Shown here: in pieces, positions 47,871 to 61,392 of the stretch | Position numbering within the stretch: the first letter of the stretch is position 1 | How the letters are laid out: the number at the start of each line of letters is the position of its first letter | Assembly (NCBI RefSeq): GCF_018350175.1 | Contig: NC_058383.1 | Span: 8,682,001-8,746,000 of the forward strand | From: Felis catus | Taxonomy: Eukaryota | Length of the DNA: 64,000 nucleotides | Reading direction: 5' to 3' | The notes under the pieces: model-generated | Seen by the model: the letters and a program-made list of their open reading frames with translations, nothing else | Databases searched by the model: none | What the model was told of the DNA's origin: nothing | Translations under genes and position numbers: made by a program

Positions 47871-50239
47871 ATCTCTCGTGCACCAGGCATCTCGAGTGCC
47901 ACACTTTCTTAAAGGGCAACATTTTCAGGGTACACGGTGTCATCCAGGGACGACAGATTTTTTTTCTCAGGGAAGAGAAGGTTCTCGTGGATGAGTCTGG
48001 CCCATCCTCCTCAGAAACAGGTTGAATCTAGAACGAGACGTGTGTGGCGGGAGTGGAATAAAAACCGCCCCGCACGTCCGATTAAGTGTCACCAGCAGCT
48101 CCCCGGGCAAGAAACCGGGGGCGCAGGAACCCAAGTCCCCGCCCTATCAGCGTGGACCAGGCCGCAGACGGAGGCCTTTCTTTGCTTTTCCAGATTCTCC
48201 ACGTGGACGTGGATTTCTTTTTGATTTCGTTGCCGTCGCCGCAAGTCGGTGAGCTGTCTTGGGGCCGGTCGCCCCATCCCTGCCGCCAAGCTGGTCAGAG
48301 GAGTAGACTCTCCTCACTGGCCTGGCCGCCCTCTCCATCTTCACCTCTGACCTTTAACCCTGCTGCTCTCTCCGAGCTCGTGCCAGTCTCCGTGGCCTCG
48401 TCCTATTGTCCTTTTATCCTTCTTTGATCCGAGAAAGGCTTTCTCTCTCTTGAGCCTCCATCGGGTTTTCCCTGTGCCTTTCTTTCCTGTGTCGTCGCCC
48501 CCCCCCCCCCCTCGCCGTGTCATGATTTGCACACACACCCTCGTGCCCTGTGCCGGCTTCCAGGTAGAAGGGGGAGCAGGCCCCGCGTGCACCGCCGCGC
48601 CCTGCGGTCAGAGTGACCGTGCTCAGTCCCCGTTGGCACGAGCGCCTGAACGCGGATTCTCACGCCGTCCTGCTCTGCTGTGAGCTTGCGTGCCGGGGTG
48701 AGGCTCCGTTCCTAACCTGGAGTAGGACCATAACACGTAGCACACGTCAAATTGCACATTGAAGCTGGACGAAATACTGTCTCAGGAGGAGAGACTAGGA
48801 TGGGGTTGTGTGAAAGCATGGCTTTGTGCAGACGGGCCCTTGCCAGGATTTTCTCCCACCTGCTGGACACAGGCTCGCAGGTGGCGAATCAGGAGTCGGT
48901 GGGGCTCTTGATCGCTCAGCACAGTTCAGGGACCCTTCGGACATGCGCACTCCAGCAGCCCAGGGCTTAACCAGAATGAGCGTGTGCAAAGACTTGGCTT
49001 GCTTAGGCGTCGCCCGGCACAGCGTCGTGGCTTTGGCACCAGCTGGCCCCTGAGTGTGCGTTACAGCCAAGTGGCCTCAGGTGAAACACGGCCTCTCCGA
49101 GCCTCAGATTTCCTGTCTCCACAGTGAGCACCGTTCTGCACGCCTGAAGGGCTGTTCTGATGCTTGCGCGAGAGAGCCCAGGAGAGGGCCTGCCATGGCG
49201 CGGGTCTCATGAAGGATGCCCCTAGAACGCCTCGTGGGATGTGCCCGGGTGTCCCCCAACACCCAAAAGTCCACGCTACAGAAAGGCTCTGTGGGGGCAG
49301 CAGATCAGCTCAGTCTGAGAAGCCTCAGGAAATGGCTCGGTCCGGACCAGGGAGAGGAGCCGCTTTCTACAAGTGAACTGATGGCCGGGGCCAGGTCTGG
49401 ACCCCAGCCTCGTGCCCTGTGCCCTCCGCCCTCCTCTCTCCACCCCTTCTCACTTACCCTGGGGTCTGTTTCTCCACGCCGCGTGGGGGGCAGTTGGGGC
49501 AGGCTTCTTGAACTTCTTTACCTCTAGCATGTTTCTGTAAATTTAGACTTTCTCAGTTGGGTAAAAGCTTTAGAATTACTAAGATTCCTTTTGTATTGCA
49601 TAATGTTCTTGCCATTTAAAAGATTAGCAGGCATAATTTCAGTGAGCCTTCATGAATGGCATGCCTCATTTAGCTTAATCTCTCTTTGGTGCATGTTAAG
49701 ACATAGAAAGAGGGTGTCTCTAGCATACACAGGGAGCTTGGAAGCGAAAGGTCACACTGATCTAGCCCCTCAGAATAGCGCGCGTCTTAAAAAAGAAAAA
49801 GTGAGGTGAGTGCCCACAGGGAGGGCATCGGAAGTCATTCCCGCATCATCTGGGAGGAGAGGGCCAGGCACCGAGTTTGGGGTTACAGTGGGGGAAACCG
49901 GTGACATTAACGGACCTTCCCGGCCACAAACGAGCAGAGATCACCTTCGGAAATTTCTGCTTGGGAAAAGCCCTCTTAGCCAAGCCCTGCCTAAGACGCC
50001 GTGAGCGGCCTTTGGCAGCCTTAGGGATGGCTTCGGGAGGAGCTCGAGCGAGAGGGGCTATTGAGATACTGCTGGCTGCCCCGGAGCCACCAGCATGGGG
50101 CGAACACCCAGCAAATGCCAGGTTCTCGATTGAGTGCCTGGGAGAAGTAACAGCCTTGCCGCCAATCAGGTTAGACTACCTAAGCGCCTACCTGCCACAG
50201 AGGAGCGCTTTGCAGACCACTTGGGTAAAAGATGGCAGA

Positions 50240-50460
50240 GGGGCGCCTGGGTGGCTCAGTCTGTTAGGCGTCCGACTTCAGCTCAGGTCAGGATCTCGCG
50301 GTCCGTGAGTTCGAGCCCCGCGTCGGGCTCTGTGTTGACGGCTCGGAGCCCGGAGCCTGCTTCGGATCCTGTGTCTCCCTCTCTTCCTGCCCCTCCCCTG
50401 CTCATGCTCTGTCTGTCCTCTCTCAAAAATAAATAAACCTTAAAACAAAAGTTAAAAAAA
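50240..50460 (+). mobile_element. CAN-SINE
   Basis: Full-length ggggcgcctgggtggctcagtc...aaaaataaataaac and A tail. Confidence 0.96.
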
Positions 50461-50559
50461 AAATGGGAGAAGTTGAGGGGCTCCGCGTAGTGCACACGCA
50501 GTAATGGGGTCACATCCCTGTCATCGTCCCGGTAACAGCTCCCTCAAGGACCCACCGCG

Positions 50560-50750
50560 TTCCTATTCATTCCGAAATATTCACTGGATTCCTGCTTTGT
50601 GTCGAACACTGTTCTTGTAAGGCTGGGAGGATCATTTCTACCCGATGGGGGAAAACCCAATGTTCAGAGAGATGAAATCCTAGCAAGGAGCTGAATTCAC
50701 ACAGCCACGACACGCCAGAGCTGGAGTTCCAGCCCAGGCTGATTTGAAAT
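50560..50750 (-). mobile_element. MIR/L2 fragment
   Basis: atatt cactggattcctgctttgtgtc...gttcagagagatgaaat...cacacagc...gccagagctggagttccagcccagg. Confidence 0.5.
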
Positions 50751-52103
50751 TTTCCATAAGGATGACTTTGCAGATGTGCTTACGTAAGGAAGGGCGCTTC
50801 ACAGAGCGACTGAAGCACGCACAGCATTTCTGGAATCAAATCTATATTTGGGGACCATGTGTGTTGGGCGTCTCATCTATAAGGCCACACCCAGTAAGGC
50901 CTGTCTGTAAGGCCATAGCCTGGAAGGGGCAGGGGCTCCCAGGTGATAGAGTTGTTTGTTGACTTGCTTGTATGTGCATCATCATGCATGTCTGCACGAT
51001 ACAGAGGATCCCAAAGAGGCTCAGGTGAATACTGATGGAGCCCCTGGGCGGGCAGAGAAGGAGGGGTTCACGTGTGTAAGCACCTGTGACTTGCTAACCT
51101 GAGGACTATTCCAGAAGATGCCAGTCAGACTGTCGGTTTACCTTGCTCGGCCCGAGGCGTGTGTTATATTTTATTAAACTTTATTCCTGCGGCCCCTCCC
51201 AAGGATGTTTTGTGGGGGAGAACCCCTCTCTGGATATATCGCTTTATAGTATAGAGTATACCCACGTTGCCATCTGCTCTCCCGGCATTCCTACCATGGA
51301 GTTGGAATCGGCTAAGAGCCCTGTGTTCCAGAGAGAGAGTCGTAAGAGGGCGGTGCGTCCAAGCACCGCCAAGCCCAGCACTCCGCGCGCAGGGGACGTT
51401 TGGAGAAGGGTGCACTCTGATCCCGTGATCCTCTGCCTGGCAGAAACCACAGAGTCCCCTAAACTCCCCAAGACCACCAAGAAATGTCTTTCTGGAAAGC
51501 TTTGCTGCTCTCTTCGGATGTTGGTGGCATTTGGGAGACAAAGACGGCCTTTTCTGCCTGTTTTCGTTAACTCCTCTATGTGAGAGAACTGCCGTGTAGA
51601 GCCGGCCAGGCAGGAGACTGAGCTACGCCCCCCTTGCAAAGCATATGGTGGGGGGCGGGGAGCAGTTATTAGTTTGCCTGGACACTTGCATTTAAAATAC
51701 ATGTTTTGTTGCAGGTAACTTTGGATGACTGGTAAAGGGTATTCCCAGATAATTTTACCAAATGAAGTTTTAAGCGCAGGTCGCCATATTGTTGATTTCA
51801 CGTTATTTTTATATAAACAGACCTCCTAGCGGTCCTCCAAATATACAGACCTTCCCAACAGACACCCTTTTGTGTCCATAGATTCTCAAAGAGCCACCTG
51901 ATGGAATGTAATGATCTGCACATCTGCAGGTGAATCCTCTTAACCTGAGGTCGGACAGATGCATGTTTGATCCCGGGTCTACACAGCCAGTTTCCTTCAC
52001 GGATCTCTGGCAGGCCTTCCGCGTCTTTTAGAGGTTATAGCCGAAGACTTTGCTGTTGTCACAAGGGGAAGTATGAAATGAATATGAAATACGATGGACA
52101 GGA

Positions 52104-52128
52104 GTGAATGAATGAATGAACGAATGAA
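52104..52128 (+). repeat. (TGAA)n tetranucleotide repeat
   Basis: gtgaatgaatgaatgaacgaatgaa. Confidence 0.7.
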
Positions 52129-53460
52129 CGCAGGCAGTAAGCGTTGCCCAGAGCGTTCTTAAACTGACTTAGCCACTCATGGAATTTCCCTGCAGTCAGC
52201 TTTTGGAAACCCGAAAATATTTCTGATATTTATCTCTTTAAGGAGTATGTCAAAAAAAAAAAAAAATCAGCCCCAACCACTATTTTTTAGCTGATTCCCG
52301 AATGTGTGATAAGAAACATGATTCCTTGAGGGAGAAAACTGGTTCAGGTTAAATTCTTGCGGAAAGCCTTCTAGCCCTGTGACGTTCGGCTCCGATGTAG
52401 CAAGAATGTAAATAGCTAGGGATTTTGACCTACCTCAAATATTTACCGATGTAAAACATTCTGTCCTCATACAAAAAAAAAAAAAAAAAAAAAAAAGCCA
52501 GCCCCAGGTTATGAATATCAGTATTGTCACTGGGTGTGCTGCCGCGTGCGGCTCAGTCGTAGAGCAAGAGACCTTTTTCAGAAAGGCAGTAAGGTAGGGA
52601 AAACGCTAAAGCTCATGTTGAGTTGATTAGAGATAAATAGATCTATATTCACCATATAAGGTAATAAAGGAAAAGCCTGTGTAAATGCTCTCGACATTTA
52701 TGGACTTCTCTATGATTCATCTAGCAGGGCCAACGGCACTGGCCAAGAGATATAGAATTCGTTAAGCTGTATCTCTTTCCTGAATTGTTTCGCTTACAAA
52801 GAAGCAGTGCTGAATATTTAGAAAAAAAAAATTCCAGAACTGTGTCAAAGTCAGCATTTGGTAACAGGCCCGAGCAGGATTGCTAGAGGAATTCCAGAAG
52901 GGTTTTAAGGCCACTTGTTGACCAGAAGCATGATCATCCTCTAAGCATTAGCAGTTTTCTGGACCCAGGTCCAGAGCCAGTGTGTGTTTTGTGTGTTTTG
53001 TATTTTGTCCGTCCCACACCGGGACCACAGGGCTCTGCTTTTTCCCCCGAGTGACCCAGATGCACGCTGTTCCGCTTTCATCTATCAGAGTCTGGTGTGA
53101 ATCCTGGCTCCATTTCCAGGGACAGGATTAAAAGTGAGCACCTTGCCTTTTTTCCTGAAGTCCAGCGGTTTCCAAGCTGGGTCTGGGTCTTGCCGTCCAG
53201 GTCCTGGCACTTCCTGGGCAGTAGGCCTGGTAGAAACCAAACTCGACGGCCTTCGTGGTAGGTTGCCGTCACGGATGGCTTTAGAAGCCACCTTTACAGC
53301 GCCACGAGGGGACACATCCCAAAGGGACACTGGGTATGCCCTTTGCTCCCCCGGCACACCACGTTTCCCTGCCCAGATTTCCCGTGAAGTGTGCAAATTT
53401 TGAAATGGCACATCAGCCTGGGACCGCAGTGTGGCGTGTACCCATCAATACCCAGCAGAC

Positions 53461-53685
53461 TTTTTTTTTTTTTTTAAGGTTTTATTTATTTTTGAGAGGG
53501 AGAGAAAGAACACACGCAGCGGAGGGGCAGAGAGGGAGAGAGGGAGACACAGAATCCAAAGCTGACTCCAGGCTCTGGGCTGTCAGTGCAGAGCCCGGAC
53601 GTGGGACTCGAACTCACGAACCGTGAGATCATGACCTGAGCCGAAGTTGGACGCTTAACTAAGAACAGAGCCACCCAGGTGCCCC
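53461..53685 (-). mobile_element. CAN-SINE
   Basis: Poly-T, tttatttatttttgagag...ctcgaactcacgaaccgtgagatcatgacctgagccgaag...caggtgcccc. Confidence 0.95.
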
Positions 53686-54689
53686 ACCTGCTGGATAAGA
53701 CTGGAAGAAACTAAGGAGATGCTTCCTTGAGGCCTCCAAGGACATCCTTTGGTGGCGGGATGAAGTCTGGTCTCCTTCCTGGAGCCGAGCGGTGCTATTC
53801 TGCCACGTGTTTGGGATGCTGAAGTCTAGGGGGGCCAGAAAGTCTGTCTTCGCCCTGGAAGCCTTTGTTTCCCCTTAATTGCTTGGCTGAGGTAATCCAC
53901 TTGGGAAGCCTCTGAGTGTCTTTAGACATCAAATCTGATTCCAAAGGTACAAATTCCCCAGTTGCCTGCTGACTCACATATGTTTCTTAGACTTGGTTTC
54001 CAGCAGTATGATATAAATAATTCCGTTTAGAAATTAAGAAATGATGGCCTGCATTTCACATGCCCTTGGCTCTGTAGTCTTCTCCAAAAGCGAAAATACA
54101 AGGAATGATCATAAAGCCCCTGGTTTGATCCCACGTCACTGGGGCCTCCTGGTTGCACGGGGGTCACCAGGTACCTTGTTCGGCCACTAAAGAGCGGGAC
54201 CGTGCAGACGGAGGCCCCTGCCTCTGTCGACATGCGTGCGTGTGAACGGGTTTCTGAGAAAGCACTTACAGTGTGCTCTGTGTCTGCGGGTAGATTTTCC
54301 TGTCGTTTATTATTAATTACTCCTCTGAGCAGCTCTGTGAAGCAAGTAAATATTAATAACAATATGCGCTGATTATTAAGTTAGGATGAAGGTATATCTT
54401 TTCCATGACGCTGAATTTTAGGTAAGCTCGTTGCACACAAATGATGAATAAATTGAAAGTAAGGCCTTCAGGTGGGGAAACAAAACGGAGACCGGAACCG
54501 GGAAGAGGGGTGGAATGTTCGAGATCTGGTTTTAAATCTTCTCTGTCTTTGGCAAAATCCATCCTTGTCGGGTGATTTGCCTGCTGAGCGCCAGCCTCCC
54601 TGTCTGGGATCCGCGTGTGGCGTGGGCTCTTCCTGCCCCTTTGCTGTTGGTTTACGATGATGTTTTAAGTCTCCCCAATATTGTCTGAG

Positions 54690-55000
54690 ACCTGTGACTT
54701 CGTGAGTGTTGATGATAGAAATTTGCATAGAGCGTAAAGAAAGAAAGAAATCACTCGTAACCCTAGACATAAATGTTAGCGTGTTGCTTTTAGATCTTTC
54801 CAGTCTCCTCTTGTTCATGAATGTTACATATTTTAAAACAATAAAGATCATGCCGTGCATCCTGCTTTGTAGCACGGGTTTCCGCAAACCAGAGTATTTT
54901 ATATCCATGAAAAAATGCAAAACAAACGGCAGATCAGTAGATTTCCTGCTAACACTTACCGCACTTATCAAATAATTTTTCCGTAGAGAAATATGTGTAG
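54690..55000 (-). mobile_element. Ancient L1ME-like fragment
   Basis: aaatcactcgtaaccc...atctttccagtct...aaacaataaagatcatgccgtgcatcctgctttgtagc. Confidence 0.5.
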
Positions 55001-56800
55001 TTTGGCCACGTGTTAGCAGGCAGAGTATTTCTTTTCTCTGTGGGCCGTGCGTAGACTGATTAACGCTCGGCCGCTCACTCGGCCGCGTGGATGTCAACCG
55101 TGTCCGGAGATTCTGCCATTGAGGAGCAGCGGAGGGTAAACCTTAACAACCCCTCTTACTTTTTAAACTATTGTCTGATCCCCATCCTCGATTTTCAAGA
55201 GAACGTTTTTCCTGTCAAGAGGATGCGAATTATTTAAAGGCAAAGAAGTGACGGATATGCTGTAACTCCGTTCACTTACCACATCACATTGATGTAGTTC
55301 CTGCCCTTTCCCCCCAAACACATTATATGTATGTTTATTCATCTTGACCCACATGGGGGTCATACTCTAAACCCTGTGTCGTCTGTGGCTTCTCTTTCCT
55401 TCTGTAGCCCCTGCTTGTCCTATGGATCTGGGCTGGGTGCCTCTTGGTCAGTGGAGCGCCCCCTGCTGTCCCAGGCCACGTTTGCCCCTTAGGACACCCC
55501 GACCCCCAGCACCACACGATTCCCCTTCACAGCACCAACATTTGACTAGCGTCTCCCACCCCCTAGACAGGAGCCCCCAGGTGGCACAGGAGCCCAGTGG
55601 TCCGGCTCACGACTGGAGGAGCTCCAGTAACAGCACCCGAGGGCCCGTAATAGCCACCCAACAAATATCTGGTGGAAAAATGGCAACGGTGCATTATTTA
55701 ATGGCAACAGTATTGACTGTCCTTTGAAAGATACTTTTGCTGGCTACCTAACGTGCCATTTTATTGCTTTACTCGGATTTAACAAGTAACCCCATACCGT
55801 TGGCCTCTGTATTATTTCTGATTTTTCTCTTTTCTAAACAGGACATGCTAAACATTCCTGCCCATAAATCTCTGCCTACGTCTGTGGCCATCCTTATGGG
55901 TAAACTCCCAGAAGTAGAAGCACCAAACTGACAGATTAACCTACATTCTAATCCCAAGTAGCCCCTTTGTCTCAGTGTCCACACGGCCTAAGGCCTGGTG
56001 TGAATTAACACGGTGGGCACGTGTGGTGAAGTACGGTCACGCTTCCTGGTTCTTTTGAGGAGCCCCAGGGTAAAAAGACACCTCTGGGGCAGGTTTCCTG
56101 TCCGGTACATGACCCCATAAAAGGTCAGGGGGCTGATGATGCGTCTGAGCATCTACTCGTTTTCTTACTCAGTCCGCAGGCTGCACACCGTCAGTGGCCC
56201 CGGGAGCAGACTTGGGGTGTGCGTGGCCCCTCTGCTGTCTGCTGGGAATCCGGACTCGAGTCATCTTTCACACAGAATATAAACCCCACGAAGGCAGCGA
56301 CGAGCTCACTCCTGGCCCGTAGTAAAGGCTTGAACGGTTTTGTAGTGGGTTAGACGTCCAACACGTGGTTCCTCTCTTTGACAGACTCAGAACCCAGTGA
56401 TGTGTAGATACGTAAACAAATCACAGCGGTGTTTTCAAAGTTGTGAAATAAAACCAAGGGTTTGGGCATGAGCATTTATTCAGAAGTGACCTAAAGGCAA
56501 ATCAGAGGTATTTAGAATACTGGTTGGAGGAACCTGAGGTTGCCTCTTCCCCCGGCCACCCAAAGCCCTGGCAGGAAGTCCCTGTGCCCCCGGGCACGGC
56601 AGACGCCAGCCCAGGCTGTGACAGCCAGCGTTTCCAAGCCCTCAGGCCGGCGGGCGCCACGGGACACTGGGGGAGGGCTTCAGGGCCCAGAGGCGGCTGG
56701 CCGGCCCAGCTGGTTCCCGGGACGCCAGCAGATCCTCAGACAGCCTTGACCTGCCGGCCGCCGGATGCACGTCTCTGCCCCAAGCCTAGAAACCTTAGAG

Positions 56801-57114
56801 CTGCCGTATCTCAAACATCTTGGTCTCTTAAAATCGACTCCAGAGAGCTTTTGTGTCGGGGTGCATATCCATCAGCAGTGTGTGTTAGAGATCGAAACTG
56901 AGACTTTTTAAAGCACAAGAAGACACAAGCCCACGTGCCATCACATCAGAGTGATGACCTCATCACGCATCACAGAGCATCCGGAAAACTCCACGGACAT
57001 TCGGGAGACAACGAGAGTGGAAAAGGCGAATCACAAAAATAGTTGGGAGCTCGTGGACCCTTGGAAGGATCTCGGGGAGCCGGGAGTCCCCAGACCTCAC
57101 TCTGAGAACCACTG
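56801..57114. mobile_element. Charlie1-derived non-autonomous hAT fossil
   Basis: tctcaaacatcttggtctc...agagctttt...aaactgagac...ggaaaactccac...aaaatagtt...ccccagacctcactctgagaaccactg terminus. Confidence 0.75.
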
Positions 57115-59428
57115 GCTTGGCGACCTTTGGGCCGTCCCATAACTCCTGGGCCGCCACGAGGCACTATCTGTTTTTGCTTCAAAGCAGGGCCTCTGCGTCT
57201 CAAATCTGGGTACCGTCCCCAGCCCTTACCACCTTAGGTCCAAGTTCAAGCGTACCAGTCTGATCAGCCTGCCACTTCTCATCATCAAACGAGTCTTCGA
57301 AGGAAGGACACCACTTGCTCTTGCCCAGGGACCCAGCGGTGCCCCCCTCTGCCTTCCCGTGCCCGCGGCTGGCCCTCGGCACTCCCCACCGGGAACCCTC
57401 CCCTCGAGCCCCGCAGACGCTCCCCTCCGGCTCCTCCACAAAGCCGCCGGGCCTTCCCCTTACGCGGTTTCGTTAGGCACAGTGCTTAAGGCATATCCAT
57501 CAGTGTTAGAGACTTTTTGCCAAGATACAGAACATGTTTTAAATGGAGCAAAGAAATTTAAATGGGAAGAAATTATAGCATGAGTGAGTTTATCCCTTTC
57601 AAGATAATCTCATTTAATAACCAAAAAACTCACAAAGATGTGCACTTTATCCGGCTACAAAGGCAGCGTGGCAGGTTATATATTGTGGTAATTACATGTT
57701 TGGGGTTCCATTCCCTTCCTTAAACTAGATTTCTATTATTTCAGAAAATCAGCCACTGTAGAAAAGGCCTATTCATTTATTTCATTGCCGGGTGGCCCAT
57801 ACACTGTAAAAATAGGTCAAGAACAGTAATCTAAATTGACTGCTGATAAATAATTAAAGCTAATGGAATTTTCTCAAATCTGTGAACTACAATCTTTGAG
57901 AAATTGCCAGGACATACTGTCTGCTGTTGTATAGAAACATATTTTTTATTTAACACTTCAGTTTAAATGCCATTTAACATTACCTTTTTCTATCACAAGG
58001 ACTGCGGGGAGTACGCGTTCATCTCTAAAAGTCACCAAAAGTAGGGTGCTCCATTGATAGCTGCGTGATTCACCTTCCGATGATGAGTCGGGAAGCGGTT
58101 TCAGTATCGCGGCACAGAGAGAAACTTCCCTCTTCACCGAACTGCGTTTTAAGTTGAGCTGGACAGCGTGTGCATCGTACAATATATGTGGTCTGGGCTC
58201 AGACCCTCCACACCCGGGCCGTGATCCGCCGGACACGGTAAGGGAGAAATCCCTTACATCTAAGTGGCGTCCAGGGAAATAAAGGCCGAGAACATTTTTT
58301 TCTTTTACGGATAATTACGATTCTTTCATTGGTGCCACCGGGACCTTATAAAAATACACCGGACGAAGATGCATAGACGTATCTGTAGAAGGGATGGCTT
58401 ATCAATACGAAAGCAGACTGTTCTGTGACCGTCCATAAGGCCAGCCTTTGGTATGGTGCACCACGTGGGTTTTTCTTTGCTGATAAGGATGGTTCAGACA
58501 TCATCAGGGTATTTGAGAACCCCAAAGACCTCAGAAGAAAGAATCAGTAGCCCAGTGTTTTTGAACAGTCTGTCTTCAGCATTTTGGCCTTAAGATGGAG
58601 AACAGAGACCCTATTTTCTCCATTCAGTCCGATGAGGATCTTGGTTGGAAAAAAATAAATCCCCAATTTCTGATTACTTCTCAGCAAAGCTATGGTTCCG
58701 TTAACCTGCAGTATTTTTATCTCACCTAATGCTGTACTTAGTGTGTGTTAATGTACTTTTAAACGGTGGGCCCCATTTCGGAAAATAAATGTATTCGTAT
58801 TTTTCTTTAAGAAAGTCCTCGGGATAGGGGTTTCTTGGTGTCCAAAGGAAATGAGCCCATCCAGTTACCCCTATCCAGCGTCTGTGTCAGCTGTACCTCT
58901 AGCAGCTAGAATCTGAGCGTTTGTACCCTCCGGAGGCGGGAGGGCTTTGCCGAGGGGGTCCCACAACAATGGTTGGGGTGGGGGGGGGGCATTTGGTCCA
59001 GAGGGAAGACACGCCAGCTTGGTGTTTGAAATCTGTGATCCACGACGAGGCGCATCCCGACACCATGACTGACCCAGGAGGGGACGGGAGTGGCCTTGGG
59101 AGGGCAAGCCGCGTGGCCGGGACACCACAGACAGGTCGGAGATTGGACCAGTTGACCCTTCGATTTCCAGGTTAACCTGATGGAGGTGACGGGTGACTAG
59201 CTGGCACCTTTGATCTAAGAGCGAACGGACCCTCCCCCCCAACCTCATGAATCTCCCCCTGCCTGTTCCCTGGGATCAGTCAGCTGAAGGCTTGGTGTCT
59301 CTCAGAGTGAAATCTAAAAACACTTTCTGTTTCAAACATACACAAGATAGGGTGAGGAGTACCGTGAACCCCGGTGCGCCATCGTCCCTCTGTGCCAACG
59401 ACCGGCACACTTGTCCTTTCTCATTCTT

Positions 59429-59598
59429 AGCGTGAGTGAGGGGAGGGGCAGAGAGAGAGGGAGACCCAGAATCCGAAGCAGGCTCCAGACTCTGAGCTGT
59501 CAGCACAGAGCCCAGCGCGGGGCCCTAAGTCACAAACTGCCAAGATCGCAACCTGAGCTGAAGTCGGATGCTTAACCGACTGAGCCACCTGGCGCCCC
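59429..59598 (-). mobile_element. CAN-SINE lacking its A-rich tail
   Basis: ggggaggggcagagagagagggagacccagaatccgaagcagg...tgagccacctggcgcccc; no T tract to its left. Confidence 0.92.
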
Positions 59599-59988
59599 AG
59601 TGACTTCAGTTTTATAAGCAACACCTTTTCCTTGATGTGGCATAAAATCGTGGTACATCTTACGTGTGACGATACTACATTTTACGACGATACACATTTT
59701 ACTCCGCCATATACCGAATATATACCTAAAACGTTTTCAAATGAGTATTCTCTCCCTTGGAGGCCTGAGTAGGAAGGGGGAAACGGGGGGGGGGTGAGTA
59801 AACTCATTTGGAGATCACTTTTTCAGCCCCAGGTGGGTGTGTAACATGCATTCAGCTGATGCATGCATAAGCATTTCGAGGGTTTTCAGTGCAAGCCAGT
59901 CTCCTACTTTGGCCTGGCCTCTAGCAGGGGTTATTCCCCTCCCACCTTTCACCATCCAAACACAGCCAGTAAAATGTGAACTGAAACG

Positions 59989-60206
59989 GGGGAGCCTGGG
60001 TGGCTTAGTCGGTTAAGCATCTGACTTCGGCTCAGGTCATGATCTCGCGGTCCGTGGGTTCGAGCCCCGCGTCGGGCTCTCTGCTGACAGCTCGGAGCCT
60101 GGAGCCCGCTTTGGATTCTGGGTCTCCCTCTCTCTGCTCCTTCCCCGCTCACACTTGTTTCTTTCTCTGTCTCTCAAAAATAAAAATAAACATTAAAAAT
60201 CTTCTA
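59989..60206 (+). mobile_element. CAN-SINE
   Basis: Full length; TSD aaaa(t/c)gtgaactga at 59971-59984 and 60207-60220. Confidence 0.95.
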
Positions 60207-61392
60207 AAAACGTGAACTGAGTGGAGAGGGGAGCATGGAGAGTGGCCCTGGGCCAAGGTGGTTCTGAAACAGTCGCCCAAGGGTAGCCACTGCTGCCGCC
60301 GGCTGGGTCCCTGACAGATCCTGTGACAGTCCTGGTCGAGCCTTTCAGAGGCGACCTGGCCCAGCGCCTCCACTGTCCCCCCCCCCCGCCCCCCTGCCCA
60401 GTACTCCTGGGAAGGCCGTGCTGTCCCCAGAGAAGACAGGACCCACTCCTGGGCCACCACCATAGAGGATGAGGTACCTCTAAGGGACACAGCTAGACAG
60501 CTGTGAGTGTTACGGTGTCATTTCACAGAAGTACACGAGTTAACACCGCGGAGCCGAAGCGAAAGGGACATTGTGCAATTGAGTAAAACATCCTGAGAAA
60601 TCAGGACCATACGATATTTTAAAAATAGACACCGTTTTATGATGGAAGGTGTGTTTGTGATTCACAGCCTCTTTTCGTTCAGCCGCGACAGCCAGGCTGT
60701 CCCCCTTCACCTGCTTGTCCTTCAAAGCCTAAACAGCCGTGTCCTGGGCACCATTCTTTTCCTGGGCACAGAGGTAGACCTTGGTGGCCACCAGCGCCGA
60801 ATCTGTGGGACAAGATTCTGTGATAAGCCCGGCCCTGGGAACGGTAGAGCAAATACCAGGCCCCAAAGTGGGAACAGAGCCTTCCAGAAACTACCCAAGT
60901 GCACTGAATGGGCAGAAAGCCAGCGCCACACGCTGCGTTTTGGGACGTCTTCCACTTGTAGCTCACAAGTGGGGCCGCTGAGTGCCACGTGGTGGTCTTG
61001 TTTTGTTTTGTTTGGGGCTTTTAAATCAGAACGATTTTCTCCAAGTATCGTCATGACCCAGAAAGTTTCCTCAGTCGCATCGCACCATCCAGCTTTCCGA
61101 TCTAAAGCATGAGCTGCGAATCCGTGGTGTGGAGAACAACGAAAATCCTTTCCGCCTAGAAGCGTCTCTCGATAAACATTGCTTATTATTTGGAATGAAC
61201 GCGGGGGAGAGGAGGTTGCAATGCGCCTTTCTGGCTTTGCCAACAGACATCGATAGTAACAATCTCGAGGACGTCACTCTGTGCGTTAAGATGTCTGCTT
61301 TTTGCTCAATAAATGGTACAGAATCAAAGCGAATTGAAAACCACACTGCAAAGCCTGTCACTGGGTGAAGTGGGTACCCCTAAATTATTAAG

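Noticed and set aside
48194..48248. 55-nt unit encoding 'ILHVDVDFF', reminiscent of the Y-family polymerase motif
   Set aside because: Similarity stops after a few residues and no other polymerase exons are seen; probably chance.
55820..55925. Acceptor-like ttttctaaacag followed by 'DMLNIPAHKSL...'
   Set aside because: The sequence resembles an antisense L1M remnant (aacattcctg...ggtaaactcccagaagtaga).
57999..58237. Possible + strand exon ending ACG|gtaagg
   Set aside because: Stop codons in all three frames; the - strand 92-aa ORF here is also unrecognisable.
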